A stretch of DNA of 64,000 nucleotides. Origin: Bugula neritina (lineage: Eukaryota; Animalia; Bryozoa). Positions 62,356-64,000 of the stretch are shown here, in pieces. The notes under the pieces are model-generated. The model was not told where the DNA came from and searched no databases. It was given only the letters and a program-made list of their open reading frames with translations. The stretch spans positions 6,357,190-6,421,189 of the forward strand of contig OZ037771.1 in the NCBI GenBank assembly GCA_964035545.1, read 5' to 3'. Position 1 is the first letter of the stretch; each line of letters starts with the position of its first letter. The translations under genes were made by a program, and so were the position numbers.

Positions 62356-63028
62356 CCCCTCATTCACACTTACCGTATCGTACGCCGTAACAGCAAAAAT
62401 AAAATGGCCACGCTGTTGCATTTTGTCGACGGGTGTTCACACATTGCCGTCAAAGTACAATGCATGACGTTGAGCTGTGACCAATCATAATAAAGCCAAC
62501 TCTTGTCTGCGGTGATTTGAACGCCTTTGAATATTATTTACAAATTATTCGCAACATTCTTATCAAAAGATGTTATATAAATGCTATTTACTAAATAAAA
62601 GCGATTACATGGAAAGAATCTTTTTTTAAATATATTCGTTTTTAAAATAATTGTGCAAACTAATTTAAATAATGAATATTTAAGCCGTCCAAATCATTTT
62701 TAAGTTTTTGGTTTGCTTGATTTTGTGATTAGGGAAAGCTAGATTTTTAAGCTGAGTTTAATTCAAACAAGCCGGATAAAATTTTTTTAATCTCTTGAAT
62801 TGATTAAATTAAATCAAAAATAAGCGATTAAAATAAACTAGCGAAAACGTTCTTTAAGTTTTAGTACCAGATCAAATCTACCCAATAGGAGCCCGCCGTG
62901 ATTTTTTGAATCAAGCACTGCTTGATCAACGCCGCAACGTATACCGGAGTACGATTTAGCCCGGATGTTGACAAAAATCGCTAAAATTTGCTGTTACGGC
63001 GTACGGTACGGTAAGTGTGAATAGGGGG
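62356..63028 (+). mobile_element. PIF/Harbinger-like MITE, copy A (TSD TGA)
   Basis: ~42-bp TIRs CCCCTCATTCACACTTACCGTATCGTACGCCGTAACAGCAAA / TTTGCTGTTACGGCGTACGGTACGGTAAGTGTGAATAGGGGG; TGA at 62353-62355 and 63029-63031. Confidence 0.88.
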
Positions 63029-63047
63029 TGAGGGGTAAAAAGGCTAC

Positions 63048-63734
63048 CCCCCTGTTCACACATTACCGCATCGTACGCCGTAACAGAACAAACAAAATGG
63101 CGCCACTGTTACATTTTGTCAACGGGCGTTCACACATTGCCGTAGTAAGTACAACGCATGACGATGAGCTATGTCTAATCATAATTAAGCCAACTCTTGT
63201 CTGCGGTGACTTGTACGCTTTTGGATAGTATTTACAAATTATTCGCAACATTCTCATTAAAAGATGTTATATAAATGCTATTGACTAGATAAAAGCAATC
63301 ACATAAAAATAATCTCTCTTTTAAATATAATCGTTTTTAAAATAATTGCGCCAACTAAATCAAATAATGAATATTTAAGCCGTCCAAATCAATTTTAAGT
63401 TTTTGGTTTTCGTGCTTTTGTGATTAGGGAAAGCTAGATTTCTAAGCTGATTTTAATTCAAACAAGCCTGATGAAAGATTTTTTAATCTTTTAAAATTTT
63501 TGAATTAGTTAAATTAAATCAAAAATAAGCGATTACAATAAACTAGCGGAAACGTTCTTTAAATTTTAGTACCAGATCAACTCTACCCAATGGGAGCCCG
63601 CCGTAATTTTTTGAATCAAGCACTGCTTGATCAACGCCGCAGCGTATACCGGAGTACTATTCAACCCGGATGTTATCAAAGATGGCGCAAATTTGCTGTT
63701 GCGGCGTACGGTGCGGCAATGTGTGAACAGGGGG
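63048..63734 (+). mobile_element. PIF/Harbinger-like MITE, copy B (TSD TAC)
   Basis: Colinear, diverged relative of copy A; TIRs CCCCCTGTTCACACATT / AATGTGTGAACAGGGGG; TAC at 63045-63047 and 63735-63737. Confidence 0.88.
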
Positions 63735-64000
63735 TACACCTTACATCCACCCTGAATGCACTAAGATCAGAAAGATTTTTGAAATCCGGCTAGAGCCTAT
63801 TTTATAGTGTAGACTCCGGATAGCATGCACTTCATTGACCTGCAGGAGTAGAGAAAGGAGGAACAGGAAGATTTGATAATGTAGGGGTGAAAAACTCAAC
63901 TTTTGCTGGTGTTTAATCTGTAAAGTTCATGAGCTTTTTGTAAAGTTTTCAGTTACTATAAAATCTCTCTTTGGAAGATGTCAGCCTTTTTAGAAAGAGG

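Noticed and set aside
62356-63734. Simple tandem duplication, or protein-coding ORFs at 63028-63793
   Set aside because: Each unit has its own TIRs and a different TSD; the ORFs are short with no recognisable motifs.

Overview
AT-rich, intron-containing animal (invertebrate-type) genomic DNA; no prokaryotic features, CRISPR array, rRNA or intact tRNA. I assembled exons by hand from GT-AG sites and reading phase, which gives eight host genes: the 3' end of a Gr-like/7TM membrane-protein gene (+, almost invisible in the ORF track), TTC29 (-), a THAP-domain gene (+), UBOX5/RNF37 (-), a meiotic HORMAD with Hop1-like HORMA-PHD-winged-helix architecture (+), Sprouty (-), NDFIP (-) and PDSS2 (+). 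Six of them form three head-to-head pairs. Mobile DNA: an internally deleted Mag-like Ty3/Gypsy element with PPT and 3' LTR, three copies of a tRNA-derived SINE, and Tc1/pogo-like, hAT-like, MULE/Merlin-like and PIF/Harbinger-like MITEs, plus many mini- and microsatellites. Most notable observations: (1) drifting 6-bp-period arrays bracket all four predicted promoter regions; (2) NDFIP-Sprouty adjacency mirrors vertebrate NDFIP1-SPRY4 and NDFIP2-SPRY2; (3) a dense cluster of Capicua octamers plus ETS sites spans Sprouty and runs into NDFIP introns; (4) the HORMAD retains a chromatin-binding region, and its closure motif depends on a tandem splice donor. All gene models and motif counts are by eye and need RNA-seq and homology confirmation.
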